DNA of 64,000 nucleotides from Candidatus Alistipes faecigallinarum (GCA_019115605.1 DXDG01000005.1:2198-66197), one strand, 5' to 3'; shown: positions 20,650 through 31,528, numbered from the stretch's first letter. Translations and numbers: made by a program. Notes: generated by a model not told the origin, from the sequence alone.

Positions 20650-21756
20650 TCAGAGCGTCAGCGGCTCGTAGGGAAGGCCCCACGCCTCGGCGACGGGACG
20701 ATAGACCACCTTGCCCTGCACGACGTTCAGACCCAGAGCCAGTTCGTGGTTCTCCCGCGCGGCGCGCTCCCAGCCCTTGTCGGCCAGCTGGATGACATAG
20801 GGCAGCGTAGCGTTTGTCAGCGCGAGGGTCGAGGTGCGCGGAACGGCGCCCGGAATATTCGCCACGCAGTAGTGCAGGATACCGTCCACATAGTAGACCG
20901 GATCCTCGTGCGTGGTCGGGCGCGAGGTTTCGAAACATCCGCCCTGGTCGATGGCCACGTCGACCATGACCGTACCCGGCTCCATGTCGCGCAGCATGTC
21001 GCGCGTAACGAGCTTCGGGGCCTTGGCACCCGGGATCAGCACCGAACCGATCACCAGATCGGCATGTTTGAGTTCCTCGCGGATATTGTACTCCGAGGAC
21101 ATGAGCGTCTTGACGTTGCGCGGCATGACGTCGGCCAGGTAGGTCAGACGCTGGAGCGAAATGTCGCAGATCGTAACGTCGGCTCCCGTTCCGGCCGCCG
21201 TGCGGGCCGCAGCCGTACCGACAACGCCCGCACCGATGACGAAGACCTTGGCGGGTTTCACTCCAGGGACACCGCCCAGAAGCACCCCCTTGCCGCCGCG
21301 CGGCTTCTCCAGGAAATAACGCCCCTCCTGCGCGGCCATGCGGCCCGCCACCTCGGACATGGGGATGAGCAGCGGCAGCGACCGGTCCGCACGCTCGACC
21401 GTCTCGTAGGCGCAGCAGACGGCGCCGCTGTCGATCATCGCATGGGTCAGAGGTTCGCTGCTCGCAAAATGGAAATAGGTGAAGACCAGCTGGTCGCGAC
21501 GGATCAGCTTATACTCCGGAGCAATGGGTTCCTTGACCTTGACGATCATCTCGGCCGTGGCGTAGACCTCCTCGATCGAAGGAAGGATCCGGGCTCCGAC
21601 AGCCGTATAGGCCTCATCAGGGAATCCGCTGTTCACACCGGCCGTCGTCTGCAGGCAGACATCATGGCCCCGTTTCACCAGTTCGTGTGCACCTGCGGGG
21701 GTCAGCGCCACGCGATTTTCGTTGTTTTTGATCTCTTTGGGAATACCGATAATCAT
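20650..21756 (-). CDS. ald: Alanine dehydrogenase
   Basis: [44 protein letters not shown]. Confidence 0.97.
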   Translation of the reverse strand: MIIGIPKEIKNNENRVALTPAGAHELVKRGHDVCLQTTAGVNSGFPDEAYTAVGARILPSIEEVYATAEMIVKVKEPIAPEYKLIRRDQLVFTYFHFASSEPLTHAMIDSGAVCCAYETVERADRSLPLLIPMSEVAGRMAAQEGRYFLEKPRGGKGVLLGGVPGVKPAKVFVIGAGVVGTAAARTAAGTGADVTICDISLQRLTYLADVMPRNVKTLMSSEYNIREELKHADLVIGSVLIPGAKAPKLVTRDMLRDMEPGTVMVDVAIDQGGCFETSRPTTHEDPVYYVDGILHYCVANIPGAVPRTSTLALTNATLPYVIQLADKGWERAARENHELALGLNVVQGKVVYRPVAEAWGLPYEPLTL

Positions 21757-21846
21757 AAGACGGGAAGTTTTTAAGGTTTTTCGCCCCTCAAAATACGAAT
21801 TTTGCGGCAAAAACCAAAAAACAGGGGCAATTTTTCACCGCCGGCA

Positions 21847-24270
21847 TCAGAACCGGTAAGAGATCGTAAGGTAGAACGAACGCGGATAGGCATAGGTGTA
21901 GCGCGTCGCATGGGGCATCCACAGGGTTGCGTCGCCGGCCGAGATGCGGCGCACGCGCAGCGACTCGTAACCGTTGTAGAGCAGATCCGCGGCGTCGGTC
22001 AGGTTGTGAAGCATCAGCGCCACGGTAAGCCGCGAACGGCCGAAATAGAAACTCTTGAAGAGCGATGCATCGAGCGTGAAGGCATCCGAAAGGCGCTCCT
22101 GGCGGGTGAAGGCCTCGAATGCCTCGGGCGTGAGGCCCGCCTGCCCCGACACGCGGTCCGTACGGCGCAGGGGCATCGGTTCGACATAACGCAGCCCGGC
22201 ATAACCCGCCGAGAGGTGAAAACCCCACCCGCGCGGGCCGAAATAGGTGAGCTCGGAGGCGGCTGCAAGCTGGGGAGCTCCCCCGATCTGACAGTCCGCC
22301 ATACGGGCGCGGGCACGGGTCAGAACCGCCGTATTGTCCACGTCGGAGAGAACCGTTACCTCCGGGTCCCGGATATAGGTAAAGCGGCCGGCAGAGGCGG
22401 CAAGGGCCAGCTGCCAGCGGTACGACAGGCGGATCTCGGCCGCCGCCTCCACCCCGCAGGAGAGGAACCCGATGCCCGAAACGGAGATGTCGCAGTAGAG
22501 CGACGACAGGTCGTCGTAATAGCGGCGCGTCTGCTGCCGGTCATAAACCGCAGCGGCATAAGCCGCAAGGCGAAGGTCGAACTGCGCGCCCGTACGACGC
22601 CACGACAGCTCCGCGGCGTAGGTCCTTTCGCACCGGGGCTGCTCGATCGGGCGGTTGTTGTAGAGCGGCTGGTAGAAGAGCTGGTCGGCACGGGGCGCAT
22701 CGGCCGCGGCGAAGAGAATGCCCTCCAGGTAGCTACGGGCCGAGAAGGACCAGCCGACGAGCGCCTTCACGAGCCACGGCGAGAAGCGCAGCGTGCGCGA
22801 AGGCCCGTATGACAGATCGCCCGGGAAGAGCTCCTTCTCGTAATAGCCGCGGCGCGAAACGGCGGCACTGCCCAGCTCGGCACTCAGATCCGCCCGCAGA
22901 CGGTCGGAACGGTAGTCGGCCTGCAGCAGGATGCGGGCCTCGCGCATGAGCAGCGCATAGTCGTAGCCGAAGCGGTCGCCCTCGCGGATTTCACGGTCGG
23001 GATGCCGCAGGTCGTTCTGAAGCAGGTTGCTGTAGGTGTCGTCGTCGATCAGATAGCGGTCGATATCCGTCAGGTACCGCGCACCGAGCAGGTCGCGCAT
23101 CTGACGGTAGGAGCGGCTGCGGTCGTAGTGCAGCGTCAGGCCGTAACGCAGGGTCAGGGCGTGGTCGAGGGCCGTGGTGAAGGCGGCATCGAGGCGCAGA
23201 TCCGTCGTACGCTCGACCCGGTCGTCGAGGGCGTAGACCGCCTCGCCGTTCCGCATCCGGTTGCGGCGGATCAGCTCGTCCCAATTGATCTGCGTATAGC
23301 GCGGATCGGATGCAAGCCATGCCCGTTCGGTTTCGAGATCGCCCGTATAGCTCGGCAGGTAGCGGTAGTTGTCCGGCATGGGTGTGCGGGCGTCGTACCA
23401 GTCGAGCATGCTGTAACGCGAGAGGCCCGTCTCCCCGCCGAGATTGACGGCCAGGGAGGTTTGCGCCGAGAGCGGCAGTTCGTAACGGAGAGCCAGGAAC
23501 GGAAGGAACTCCCGGCGCACGCGGGAGTTGCGGACACGGCCGTCCTGGTATCCCCAGGCGGGGTTGTAGAAGCGGTCGCCGGTCAGGGTGAAGGCCTCCT
23601 CGGAGGAGGAGAGGCGCGTGCCGCGCGTCGAGGGCGGAAGGATGCAGAGCAGCGAAAGGCGGTGATCGGTGTTCCAGGCATGTGCAATACGCAGGGCCGC
23701 GGTCATCGCGTTGGTGAAGACGCCCTGCACATGCAGGTCGCGGCCCGTGCGGGCATCGAGGGCCAGCGAAGCGGTCCAGCCGCGGCCCAGATCGCCCGAA
23801 GCGGCGACCTTCGCGCCCACGAGGTAATTGCGGTCGGTGAAGCGCACCGAGGCTAGGAATGGCTGCAGGGGCTCCTCAACCGGAAAGTCGAAGAGCCGGA
23901 CACCGCCCGAACTGCCCGGCAGCCCGGGCGCGGGGACCAGTCCCGCATAGCGGGTCTCCCGGGCACCCAGCAGGCGCAGCACCGAGAGGTGGCGGTAGGA
24001 AAGCTCCAAGCCCGAAAGCGAGATGCGCTCGGCATCCCACCCCAGGCCGCGGCGTTTCATGGCGACCTGCGGGAGGTTGAAGTCGGTCAGTTCGCCGTAG
24101 AGGTCCACCGAAGACTGGATGGCCCGGTAGAAGAGCGTCGAATCGGTAGCGAGCAGCTCGCGCCGCTCCTCCCGTTCGGCATAGGGATAGTACTCGTCGT
24201 CAAGGTACTGCGCAGCGGCCGGAAGACTGACCGACAGCAAGCACAGCAGCAACAGGACAAAACGGGACAT
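21847..24270 (-). CDS. TonB-dependent-receptor-like outer membrane beta-barrel
   Basis: Signal peptide, amphipathic strands, YNPAWGYQDG motif, C-terminal YLTISYRF. Confidence 0.8.
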   Translation of the reverse strand: MSRFVLLLLCLLSVSLPAAAQYLDDEYYPYAEREERRELLATDSTLFYRAIQSSVDLYGELTDFNLPQVAMKRRGLGWDAERISLSGLELSYRHLSVLRLLGARETRYAGLVPAPGLPGSSGGVRLFDFPVEEPLQPFLASVRFTDRNYLVGAKVAASGDLGRGWTASLALDARTGRDLHVQGVFTNAMTAALRIAHAWNTDHRLSLLCILPPSTRGTRLSSSEEAFTLTGDRFYNPAWGYQDGRVRNSRVRREFLPFLALRYELPLSAQTSLAVNLGGETGLSRYSMLDWYDARTPMPDNYRYLPSYTGDLETERAWLASDPRYTQINWDELIRRNRMRNGEAVYALDDRVERTTDLRLDAAFTTALDHALTLRYGLTLHYDRSRSYRQMRDLLGARYLTDIDRYLIDDDTYSNLLQNDLRHPDREIREGDRFGYDYALLMREARILLQADYRSDRLRADLSAELGSAAVSRRGYYEKELFPGDLSYGPSRTLRFSPWLVKALVGWSFSARSYLEGILFAAADAPRADQLFYQPLYNNRPIEQPRCERTYAAELSWRRTGAQFDLRLAAYAAAVYDRQQTRRYYDDLSSLYCDISVSGIGFLSCGVEAAAEIRLSYRWQLALAASAGRFTYIRDPEVTVLSDVDNTAVLTRARARMADCQIGGAPQLAAASELTYFGPRGWGFHLSAGYAGLRYVEPMPLRRTDRVSGQAGLTPEAFEAFTRQERLSDAFTLDASLFKSFYFGRSRLTVALMLHNLTDAADLLYNGYESLRVRRISAGDATLWMPHATRYTYAYPRSFYLTISYRF

Positions 24271-24293
24271 GGGAAAAGCGCATTCGGAAGGAG

Positions 24294-25580
24294 CTATCGG
24301 GTGAGGATCCGGAAACTCCACGGCGACATATCCTCCTCGACGCGTCCGCGCAGCTCGTACGGCATGCCGCTTATGGCGTCGGTATAGAGGCCGGCATAGA
24401 TGCCCGTATAATAGTCGGCGTGGATGGCATAGGGCGAGAGGTTCATGATGCAGACCACCTGGTCGCCCTCCGTTTCGCGGACGAAGGTCATCAGGCAATC
24501 CTCGGCATTGTTGCGGATCTCGACCATATCACTCCCGCGGCCGCCTGCGGCAAGGGCCGGATGGGCATGATGCAGGGCCGTGAGATGGCGGTAAAACTCC
24601 GTATAGGCGTTGGGCCGGTAGAGCGACGCGGGAATCGGATCCCGGTCGAAGAAGGCGAAGGAGTGGTCGTAGCCGACCTCCTGTCCCGTGTAGATGAGCG
24701 GAAGCCCGCACGGCACGACGAACGTGAAGGCCGTCATGATGCTGCGCGCGGCCCCGAGGCGCGTGAATTCCGAGCCGCTCCAGGAGTTCTCGTCGTGGTT
24801 CGAGGTGAAGGCCAGGCGCATGGCCGTACGGGGATAGCGCCCGCGGTCGGCATGGAGCCAGTCGCGCAGCGCCGTAACGCGCACGCGCTGCTGCGCCACG
24901 TCGCACAGCAGGTGGTGCATCTCCCAGCCGTAGCAGGCATCGAACGTCCCGCCGTCGAAGAGATTCGTCTGTTCGGCCTCGGCAAGCAGGAAGAGATCGG
25001 GCTTCACACGCCGCAGGCGGGCTGCCGTCTGCTGCCAGAATTCGATGGGTACGAGCATCGCCATGTCGCAGCGGAAGCCGTCGATACGGTGTTCCGTAAC
25101 CCAGAACTCCATGGCCGCGGCCTCGGCCTCCCAGACCTCGCGGTTCGCATAGTTGAGTTTTGCCGTATCGGTCCAGTCGTACGGCACGGCCGGAGCACCC
25201 GCATCGTCGCGTTCGTACCACGAAGCCGGGGCTTCGGTGATCCACCGCGCATCGCGCGAGGTATGGTTGGCCACCCAGTCCATGAGCACCTTCAGACCCA
25301 GGCGGTGCGCTTCGGCAACGAAGGCGTCGAAATCCGCCATCGTACCCAGCTCGGGGTTGATCGCCCGGTAGTCGCGGATCGAATAGTAGGAGCCCAGCGA
25401 TCCCTTGCGCTGCTCCTCGCCGATCGGATAGACGGGCATGAGCCACACGGCGTCGATGCCCATGTCGTGCAGAAAGGCAAGTTTCGGAGTGGCGGCACGC
25501 AGCGTGCCTTCGGCAGTGAGCTGCCGCACGTTCATCTCATACAGAACAGCCTGGTAGCTCCATTCGGGATGCAGATTCAT
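24294..25580 (-). CDS. GH13 alpha-amylase family glycosidase (no signal peptide)
   Basis: YEMNVRQ, DWVANH, DGFRCDMA, LAEAE, SNHDE; -7 box at 25625-25632. Confidence 0.92.
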   Translation of the reverse strand: MNLHPEWSYQAVLYEMNVRQLTAEGTLRAATPKLAFLHDMGIDAVWLMPVYPIGEEQRKGSLGSYYSIRDYRAINPELGTMADFDAFVAEAHRLGLKVLMDWVANHTSRDARWITEAPASWYERDDAGAPAVPYDWTDTAKLNYANREVWEAEAAAMEFWVTEHRIDGFRCDMAMLVPIEFWQQTAARLRRVKPDLFLLAEAEQTNLFDGGTFDACYGWEMHHLLCDVAQQRVRVTALRDWLHADRGRYPRTAMRLAFTSNHDENSWSGSEFTRLGAARSIMTAFTFVVPCGLPLIYTGQEVGYDHSFAFFDRDPIPASLYRPNAYTEFYRHLTALHHAHPALAAGGRGSDMVEIRNNAEDCLMTFVRETEGDQVVCIMNLSPYAIHADYYTGIYAGLYTDAISGMPYELRGRVEEDMSPWSFRILTR

Positions 25581-25745
25581 CGTCTTCGGGTTTTGTGAAA
25601 CGGGCCGGGGCCGGATTCGGAGAACAAAGATACGATTTTTTCGGAAAAACAAACCATCCGGACCATCCGAACGGCATGCGGCACAGACAAAAAAACCGGA
25701 TTCCGCACAACGGCGGAATCCGGTATCGGTTGCGGGTGCACTACC

Positions 25746-26657
25746 CTATTTCCAGAGGTTGCGCGGGTAGCGGCCCTCGGCGATCATCCGCTCGATGGCG
25801 GCCATGAGCGCCGGTTTGTCCTCCTTGTAGGTTACGCCGTGCCACTGGGCGGCGGAGCGCAGCACGCGCAGCGAAGCCTCGCCGTCGCCGATCAGCTTGT
25901 TCACCATCGTCGGGATGTAGAACTCGGCCTTCAGGTTGCCGCGGTTCTGGGCATACCACTCCGGGAAGTAGGCTTTCGAATGGGCGAAATAGTCGGGCGT
26001 GAAGCCGAAGAGATTCATCGACACCGGCGTATCCTCGGCCAGCGGCTCGTCGGCGCCGCCGTCGTGGAAGACGATCCGTCCGTCGGGCATGCGCTCGATC
26101 TGCGTACGCTCGACCATCGAGGTGAGGTTGCCCTCGGCATCAACGCCGCAGACACCGCGCGAAACGGTGCCGTTGTCCGAAAGCGTCTTGTTCAGGTCGT
26201 AGGCCACCATGCAGTAGCGGCCCCGGCTCCCGCCCAACTCCTTGAGGTAGGCACCGATCGTCTCGTAGGCCTCGGCACCGTAGAAGTCGTCGGCATTGAT
26301 GACGGCGAACGGCTCATGGATCGCATCGGCGGCCATCATCAGGGCGTGGTTCGTACCCCACGGCTTCACGCGGCCCTCGGGGACCGCGAGGCCCTCGGGA
26401 AGGTAGTCCAGCTCCTGGAAGACATACTCCACGGCGATACGTCCGCCGAAACGCTCCGCGGAGAAGACCTCCTGGAACTCCTTGGCAAACGAGTGGCGGA
26501 TGACGAAGACCACCTTGCCGAAGCCGGCCCGGACGGCATCATAGACCGAATAGTCGATGATGGCCTCGTTGTTCGGACCGACGCCATCCATCTGTTTGAG
26601 CGACCCGTAACGGGAACCCATGCCCGCGGCGAGTACGAGAAGTGCAGGTTTTACCAT
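25746..26657 (-). CDS. Sugar-phosphate nucleotidyltransferase family protein
   Basis: VLAAGMGSRYGSLKQ, KPWGT, VINADDFYG, EFYIP; -7 box at 26699-26706. Confidence 0.88.
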   Translation of the reverse strand: MVKPALLVLAAGMGSRYGSLKQMDGVGPNNEAIIDYSVYDAVRAGFGKVVFVIRHSFAKEFQEVFSAERFGGRIAVEYVFQELDYLPEGLAVPEGRVKPWGTNHALMMAADAIHEPFAVINADDFYGAEAYETIGAYLKELGGSRGRYCMVAYDLNKTLSDNGTVSRGVCGVDAEGNLTSMVERTQIERMPDGRIVFHDGGADEPLAEDTPVSMNLFGFTPDYFAHSKAYFPEWYAQNRGNLKAEFYIPTMVNKLIGDGEASLRVLRSAAQWHGVTYKEDKPALMAAIERMIAEGRYPRNLWK

Positions 26658-26877
26658 ACTTTTATCACTGTTTGAACGTTGATTCGTAATAAGTCAGGCA
26701 AAGATAGCGAAAATAGCGCGACCGGCAAACCTTTCGGTTCGGAAAATAATCCCGGCACGGATTCCGGCCTGCAGCAAAAAAACAGGGCCCGGAAAAGGGA
26801 GGCTCCGGAAAGAAAATTTGGCAGTCCGCGCGGCATGTACTATCTTTGTAAGGTTTAAACGCAAACGATTCCGATCG

Positions 26878-27747
26878 ATGAAAACGATACAATCCATGCG
26901 GGCCTGGTGGCGCGGACTGTTCCGCAAGCGCCGCTTCAACATGCTCAACGCCACGGACAACAGCGAGGAGTGGCACGTGCACATCTCGCCGGCAAGCCTC
27001 ATGGCCGGACTGGTGGCCTTCGTGCTGCTGCTCTTCATCCTCATCCTTACGCTGGTGGCATACACCCCCGTGCTGGAGTTCCTGCCCGGATACCGCACGG
27101 AGGCCGACAAGTCCCGCGAGAGCCTCATACAGAACATCATACGCCTCGACTCGATGGAACGCATGATGAACGACATGATGACCTACAACGAGAACATCGC
27201 CATGATCCTCGAAGGGAACACCCCCGTGGCCCGGACGCTCCCGGCCTCCGACACGATGCGGGGCAGCAAGGTGCTCGTCATGCCTTCGGCCGAGGACTCG
27301 CTGCTGCGGGCGCAGATGGAGGGCAACGGCCCCTACTCGCTGACGGCAAACGCTGGCTCGTCCCGCAAGCAGATCCGCGAGTCGATCGAGCTGATGAAGC
27401 CCGTCGAGGGGATCATCACCGAACGCTTCAACATCAGCCAGAACCATTTCGGCGTGAAGATCGCCGCAGCGGCAACCGACCGCATAGCAGCCGTGGACGG
27501 CGGCACGGTGATCCAGAGCAGCTGGACTCCCGAGCAGGGTTACACCGTCATCATGCAGCACGCCGCAGGCATGCTGTCGATCTACCGCGGCCTCTCACAG
27601 TCGCTCGTCGCACCGGGACAGAAGCTCCGCGCCGGAGAACTCATCGGCTACAACGCCGAAGCCCAGAACGGCGAGGTCCCGATGTTCGAATTCGAATTGT
27701 GGAACAACGGCAAGCCGGTGGATCCCGAAAGCTATATCGTATTCTGA
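26878..27747 (+). CDS. M23/LytM-domain membrane protein, catalytic motifs degenerate
   Basis: N-terminal TM, coiled coil, C-terminal LytM pattern (AAVDGGTV, GYTV, FELWNNGKPVDP); -7 box at 26841-26848. Confidence 0.85.
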   Translation: MKTIQSMRAWWRGLFRKRRFNMLNATDNSEEWHVHISPASLMAGLVAFVLLLFILILTLVAYTPVLEFLPGYRTEADKSRESLIQNIIRLDSMERMMNDMMTYNENIAMILEGNTPVARTLPASDTMRGSKVLVMPSAEDSLLRAQMEGNGPYSLTANAGSSRKQIRESIELMKPVEGIITERFNISQNHFGVKIAAAATDRIAAVDGGTVIQSSWTPEQGYTVIMQHAAGMLSIYRGLSQSLVAPGQKLRAGELIGYNAEAQNGEVPMFEFELWNNGKPVDPESYIVF

Positions 27748-27751
27748 TTCC

Positions 27752-28903
27752 ATGAAACAACGACTTGCCATACTGGGCTCGACCGGTTCGATCGGCGAAC
27801 AGACGCTCGACATCGTACGCGAGAATCCCGAACGTTTCGAAGCCCGCGTGCTGACGGCAAACAGCCACTGGCAGCGGCTCGCCGAGCAAGCCCGCGAATT
27901 CGACGCCGACACGGTGGTCATCGCCGATGAAAAGTGCTACGCCCCGCTGTGCGAGGCCCTGAAAGATACGGACACCAAGGTATTCGCCGGCGAGGAGGCC
28001 GTGGCGCAGATCGCTGCGGCACGCGGCACGGAGATGGTCGTGAACGCCCTGGTGGGATATGCCGGACTGGCCCCGTCGGTGGCGGCCATCGAGGCCGGGA
28101 AGAAGCTCGCCCTGGCGAACAAGGAGTCGCTCGTCGTCGCCGGAGCCCTCGTCATGCCGCTGGCCCGCGAGCGGAGAGCCCCGATTCTCCCGATCGACTC
28201 GGAACATTCGGCCATCTTCCAGTGTCTTGCGGGCGAGCGGGCCCCCGTGCGGCGGCTGATCATCACCTGCAGCGGCGGAGCCTTCCGCGACCTTCCGCGC
28301 GAGGCGCTCGGGAGCGTTACCGCGGAGCAGGCGCTGCACCACCCCCAGTGGAAGATGGGCGCCAAGATCACGATCGACTCCTCGACGCTTGTCAACAAGG
28401 GTTTCGAGGTCATCGAGGCCCACTGGCTCTTCGGAACGCCGCCCGAACGGATCGACGTGGTGATGCACCCCCAGTCGATCGTCCACTCGATGGTCGAATT
28501 CGAGGACGGCGCCATCAAGGCCCAGCTCGGCACGCCCGACATGCGCATGCCCATCAGCTACGCGCTGATGTATCCCGAGCGGGCCCGCAGATCAGGCGAA
28601 CGTTTCGACTTCATGGCCCATCCGCAGCTTACGTTCGCCGCGGTGGATCACGACAAGTACCCCGCGCTGGGGATCGCCTACGACTGCCTGCGGCGCGGCG
28701 GCACGGCAGCCTGCACGATGAACGGTGCGAACGAGGTGGCCGTGGCGGCCTTCCTCCACGGACAGTGCGCCTGGCTCGACATCGTACGCACGATCGAACA
28801 TGCACTCAAAACGGCGGACTTCACCCCGAAGCCCTCGCTCGACGACTACGCCCGGGCGGATGCCGAAGCACGCGCCCGCGCCGCGGAATATCTGAAACTG
28901 TAA
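27752..28903 (+). CDS. dxr: 1-deoxy-D-xylulose-5-phosphate reductoisomerase
   Basis: ILGSTGSIG, LANKE, PIDSEHSA, HPQWKMG, NKGFEVIEA. Confidence 0.98.
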   Translation: MKQRLAILGSTGSIGEQTLDIVRENPERFEARVLTANSHWQRLAEQAREFDADTVVIADEKCYAPLCEALKDTDTKVFAGEEAVAQIAAARGTEMVVNALVGYAGLAPSVAAIEAGKKLALANKESLVVAGALVMPLARERRAPILPIDSEHSAIFQCLAGERAPVRRLIITCSGGAFRDLPREALGSVTAEQALHHPQWKMGAKITIDSSTLVNKGFEVIEAHWLFGTPPERIDVVMHPQSIVHSMVEFEDGAIKAQLGTPDMRMPISYALMYPERARRSGERFDFMAHPQLTFAAVDHDKYPALGIAYDCLRRGGTAACTMNGANEVAVAAFLHGQCAWLDIVRTIEHALKTADFTPKPSLDDYARADAEARARAAEYLKL

Positions 28904-28925
28904 TATCCGACTCTTCGAAACGAAC

Positions 28926-30245
28926 ATGGATCTCGTAATCAAAATTCTCCAGTTTTTCCTCTGCTTCACCATTCTGGTGGGTATTCACGAACTCGGGCAC
29001 TTCATCATGGCCCGCATTTTCCACATCCGCGTCGAGAAGTTCTATATCTTCTTCGACCCCTGGTTCTCGCTCTTCAAGTTCCGGCACAAGGACACGGAAT
29101 ACGGTCTGGGATGGCTGCCGCTGGGCGGTTATGTCAAGATCGCCGGCATGATCGACGAATCGATGGACAAGGAGCAGATGAAACAGGCCCCGAAACCCGA
29201 CGAATTCCGTGCTAAACCCGCCTGGCAGCGCTTTTTGGTCATGATCGCCGGCGTGGTGATGAATGTCCTGCTGGCCATCGTCATCTATTGCGGCATCTGC
29301 TACACCTGGGGCGACACCTACCTCGCCAACGAGGATGCCCGCTGGGGATACAACTTCAACGAGGCGGGACACAAACTCGGATTCCATGACGGAGACCGCA
29401 TCCTGGCGATCGACGGGCAACCCGTGGAAAAGATCCAGGACATCGTAACGGCACTGCTCATCACCGAAGGCGACCGGCAGGTACGCGTCCTGCGCGACGG
29501 TGTCGAAACAGACATCTCGCTTCCGCTCGACGATCTGATCGCCATGCGTCAGGAGAAGGGGTACGAAGGGTTCCTCACGCTGCGTTATCCCTTTATCGTG
29601 GACAGCATGACCTCGCAGGCGGCCATAGCCGCGCTGCGCCCGGGCGACGAGATCCGTGCCGTGGACGAACTCCGCAACGCCGAATTCCCCGAGTATCAGA
29701 AATACATCGCCTCGAAGGCCGGCGACAGCGTACACCTCGAGGTGCTGCGCGGGGACAACACGCTGCAGATCGCCCTCCCCGTATCCGACGAAGGGGTGAT
29801 CGGCGTCATCTCCAGCAACCAAATCTACACCCCCCGCACGCAGAAATACACCTTCTGGGAGTCCATACCCGCCGGAATACACCGCACCGGCGAGATGCTC
29901 TCCTCCTACTGGGAGCAGCTCAAGCTCATCGTGCAGCCCAAGACGAAGATGTACGAGGAACTCGGCGGATTCATCGCCATAGGCAGCATCTTCCCCTCGG
30001 AGTGGAACTGGCAGGATTTCTGGATCAAGACCGCCTTCCTCTCGATCATCCTCGCCGTGATGAACATCATCCCCATCCCGGGGCTCGACGGCGGACACGC
30101 CATATTCACCTTCTGGGAGATGATTACCCGCCGCAAGGTGAGTGAAAAGGTACTCGAGATGGCCCAGTATGTCGGGATGTTCATCCTGCTCATGCTGCTT
30201 CTCTATGCCAACGGAAACGACATATACCGCTTCTTCATCAAATAG
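28926..30245 (+). CDS. rseP: RIP metalloprotease
   Basis: HELGH, PLGGYVKI, PDZ region, NIIPIPGLDGG. Confidence 0.95.
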   Translation: MDLVIKILQFFLCFTILVGIHELGHFIMARIFHIRVEKFYIFFDPWFSLFKFRHKDTEYGLGWLPLGGYVKIAGMIDESMDKEQMKQAPKPDEFRAKPAWQRFLVMIAGVVMNVLLAIVIYCGICYTWGDTYLANEDARWGYNFNEAGHKLGFHDGDRILAIDGQPVEKIQDIVTALLITEGDRQVRVLRDGVETDISLPLDDLIAMRQEKGYEGFLTLRYPFIVDSMTSQAAIAALRPGDEIRAVDELRNAEFPEYQKYIASKAGDSVHLEVLRGDNTLQIALPVSDEGVIGVISSNQIYTPRTQKYTFWESIPAGIHRTGEMLSSYWEQLKLIVQPKTKMYEELGGFIAIGSIFPSEWNWQDFWIKTAFLSIILAVMNIIPIPGLDGGHAIFTFWEMITRRKVSEKVLEMAQYVGMFILLMLLLYANGNDIYRFFIK

Positions 30246-30252
30246 CAGGGCC

Positions 30253-30831
30253 ATGACCGAACTGGAAAAGATGCTTGCAGGCGAGACCTACGACTTCACG
30301 GCTCCCGACGTGGCCGAAAGCCTCCGGCGCCGCCGCGTGAATCTCGCCCGGTTCAACGCCACCTCGTTCGACGACCCGCACTACGAGGAGGCGCTCTCGG
30401 CACTGATCCCCCACCGGGCTCCGACGGCCCGGATCATACCGCCGTTCTACTGCGACCACGGACATCCGATCCATTTGGGCGAGGGGGTCTTCATCAACGC
30501 CAACTGCACGTTCCTCGACGGCGGCGGCATCACGATCGGCGCCCATACGCTCATCGGCCCCAACTGCCAGCTGTACACGCCCCAGCATCCGATGGACTAC
30601 CGCGAGCGCCGCAAACCCATTGAGGTCGGACGCCCGATCACCATCGGCGAAGACTGCTGGCTCGGCGGCGGCGTGATCGTCTGCCCGGGAGTCCGGATCG
30701 GCGCCCGCTCGATCATCGCCGCAGGAAGTGTGGTCGTGCACGACATTCCGGAGGATTCGCTCGCGGCGGGAAATCCCGCCGTCGTGAAACGACGCCTCCG
30801 AGGACCGGCCGGTCCTCCGTCGGCCACCTAA
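30253..30831 (+). CDS. Sugar O-acetyltransferase (Maa/LacA family)
   Basis: MTELEKMLAG, PPFYCDHG, hexapeptide repeats, AGNPA. Confidence 0.9.
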   Translation: MTELEKMLAGETYDFTAPDVAESLRRRRVNLARFNATSFDDPHYEEALSALIPHRAPTARIIPPFYCDHGHPIHLGEGVFINANCTFLDGGGITIGAHTLIGPNCQLYTPQHPMDYRERRKPIEVGRPITIGEDCWLGGGVIVCPGVRIGARSIIAAGSVVVHDIPEDSLAAGNPAVVKRRLRGPAGPPSAT

Positions 30832-31523
30832 TGTCAAACGAAAACAAACAGGACGAAAGCATGGAAACGAAACAGGCAACAAATACGATGACACAGGCCG
30901 AACGGCTCGAGGCATGCGCCTCAACGCTGCGCCGCCACGGATTCGACGTAACAGTCGTACGGGACGAGAAGGAGGCGTTCGAGCGGATGCGCGACGTCGT
31001 GGAGGCCGAGATGCCGCAACTGGTGTCGTTCGGAGACTCGATGACGATGCGCGCCACGGGAATCATCGAATGGCTGCGCAACGACCCGCGCTGGACGCTG
31101 CTCGACGGATTCGACGCCTCGATGCCCCGGCCCGAGCGGCTCGAAATACGCCGCAAGGCCCTCCTGTCGGACCTCTTCATCACGGGAATCAACGCCGTAA
31201 CGATGGAAGGTACGCTCCACTGGCTCGACATGGTCGGGAACCGCATCGCCCCCGTCGCCTTCGGACCCCGCAAGGTGGTGCTCGTCGCCGGAAGCAACAA
31301 GATCGTCGCAAACCGCGAAGAGGCCGAAGAGCGTATCCGACGGATTGCCGCCCCGCAGAACATCGCCCGCCACGAAGGTTTCCGGACACCGTGCGCCAAG
31401 ACCGGCGTCTGCATGGACTGCAACTCCCCGGACCGCATCTGCAACACGCGGATGGAGATGTTGCGGTGCCATCCGAAGGGACGCATACATATCGTACTTA
31501 TCGACAAGGAATTGGGATTGTGA
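30831..31523 (+). CDS. LUD-domain (lactate utilisation/DUF1121-like) protein
   Basis: GINAVT..G, GNRIA, GPRKV, AGSNKIV, TPCAKTGVCMDCNSPDRIC; start may be 30861 or 30888. Confidence 0.85.
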   Translation: MSNENKQDESMETKQATNTMTQAERLEACASTLRRHGFDVTVVRDEKEAFERMRDVVEAEMPQLVSFGDSMTMRATGIIEWLRNDPRWTLLDGFDASMPRPERLEIRRKALLSDLFITGINAVTMEGTLHWLDMVGNRIAPVAFGPRKVVLVAGSNKIVANREEAEERIRRIAAPQNIARHEGFRTPCAKTGVCMDCNSPDRICNTRMEMLRCHPKGRIHIVLIDKELGL

Positions 31524-31528
31524 AAGAG

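Noticed and set aside
18748-21774. 1008-aa + strand ORF
   Set aside because: Antisense shadow of obgE and ald
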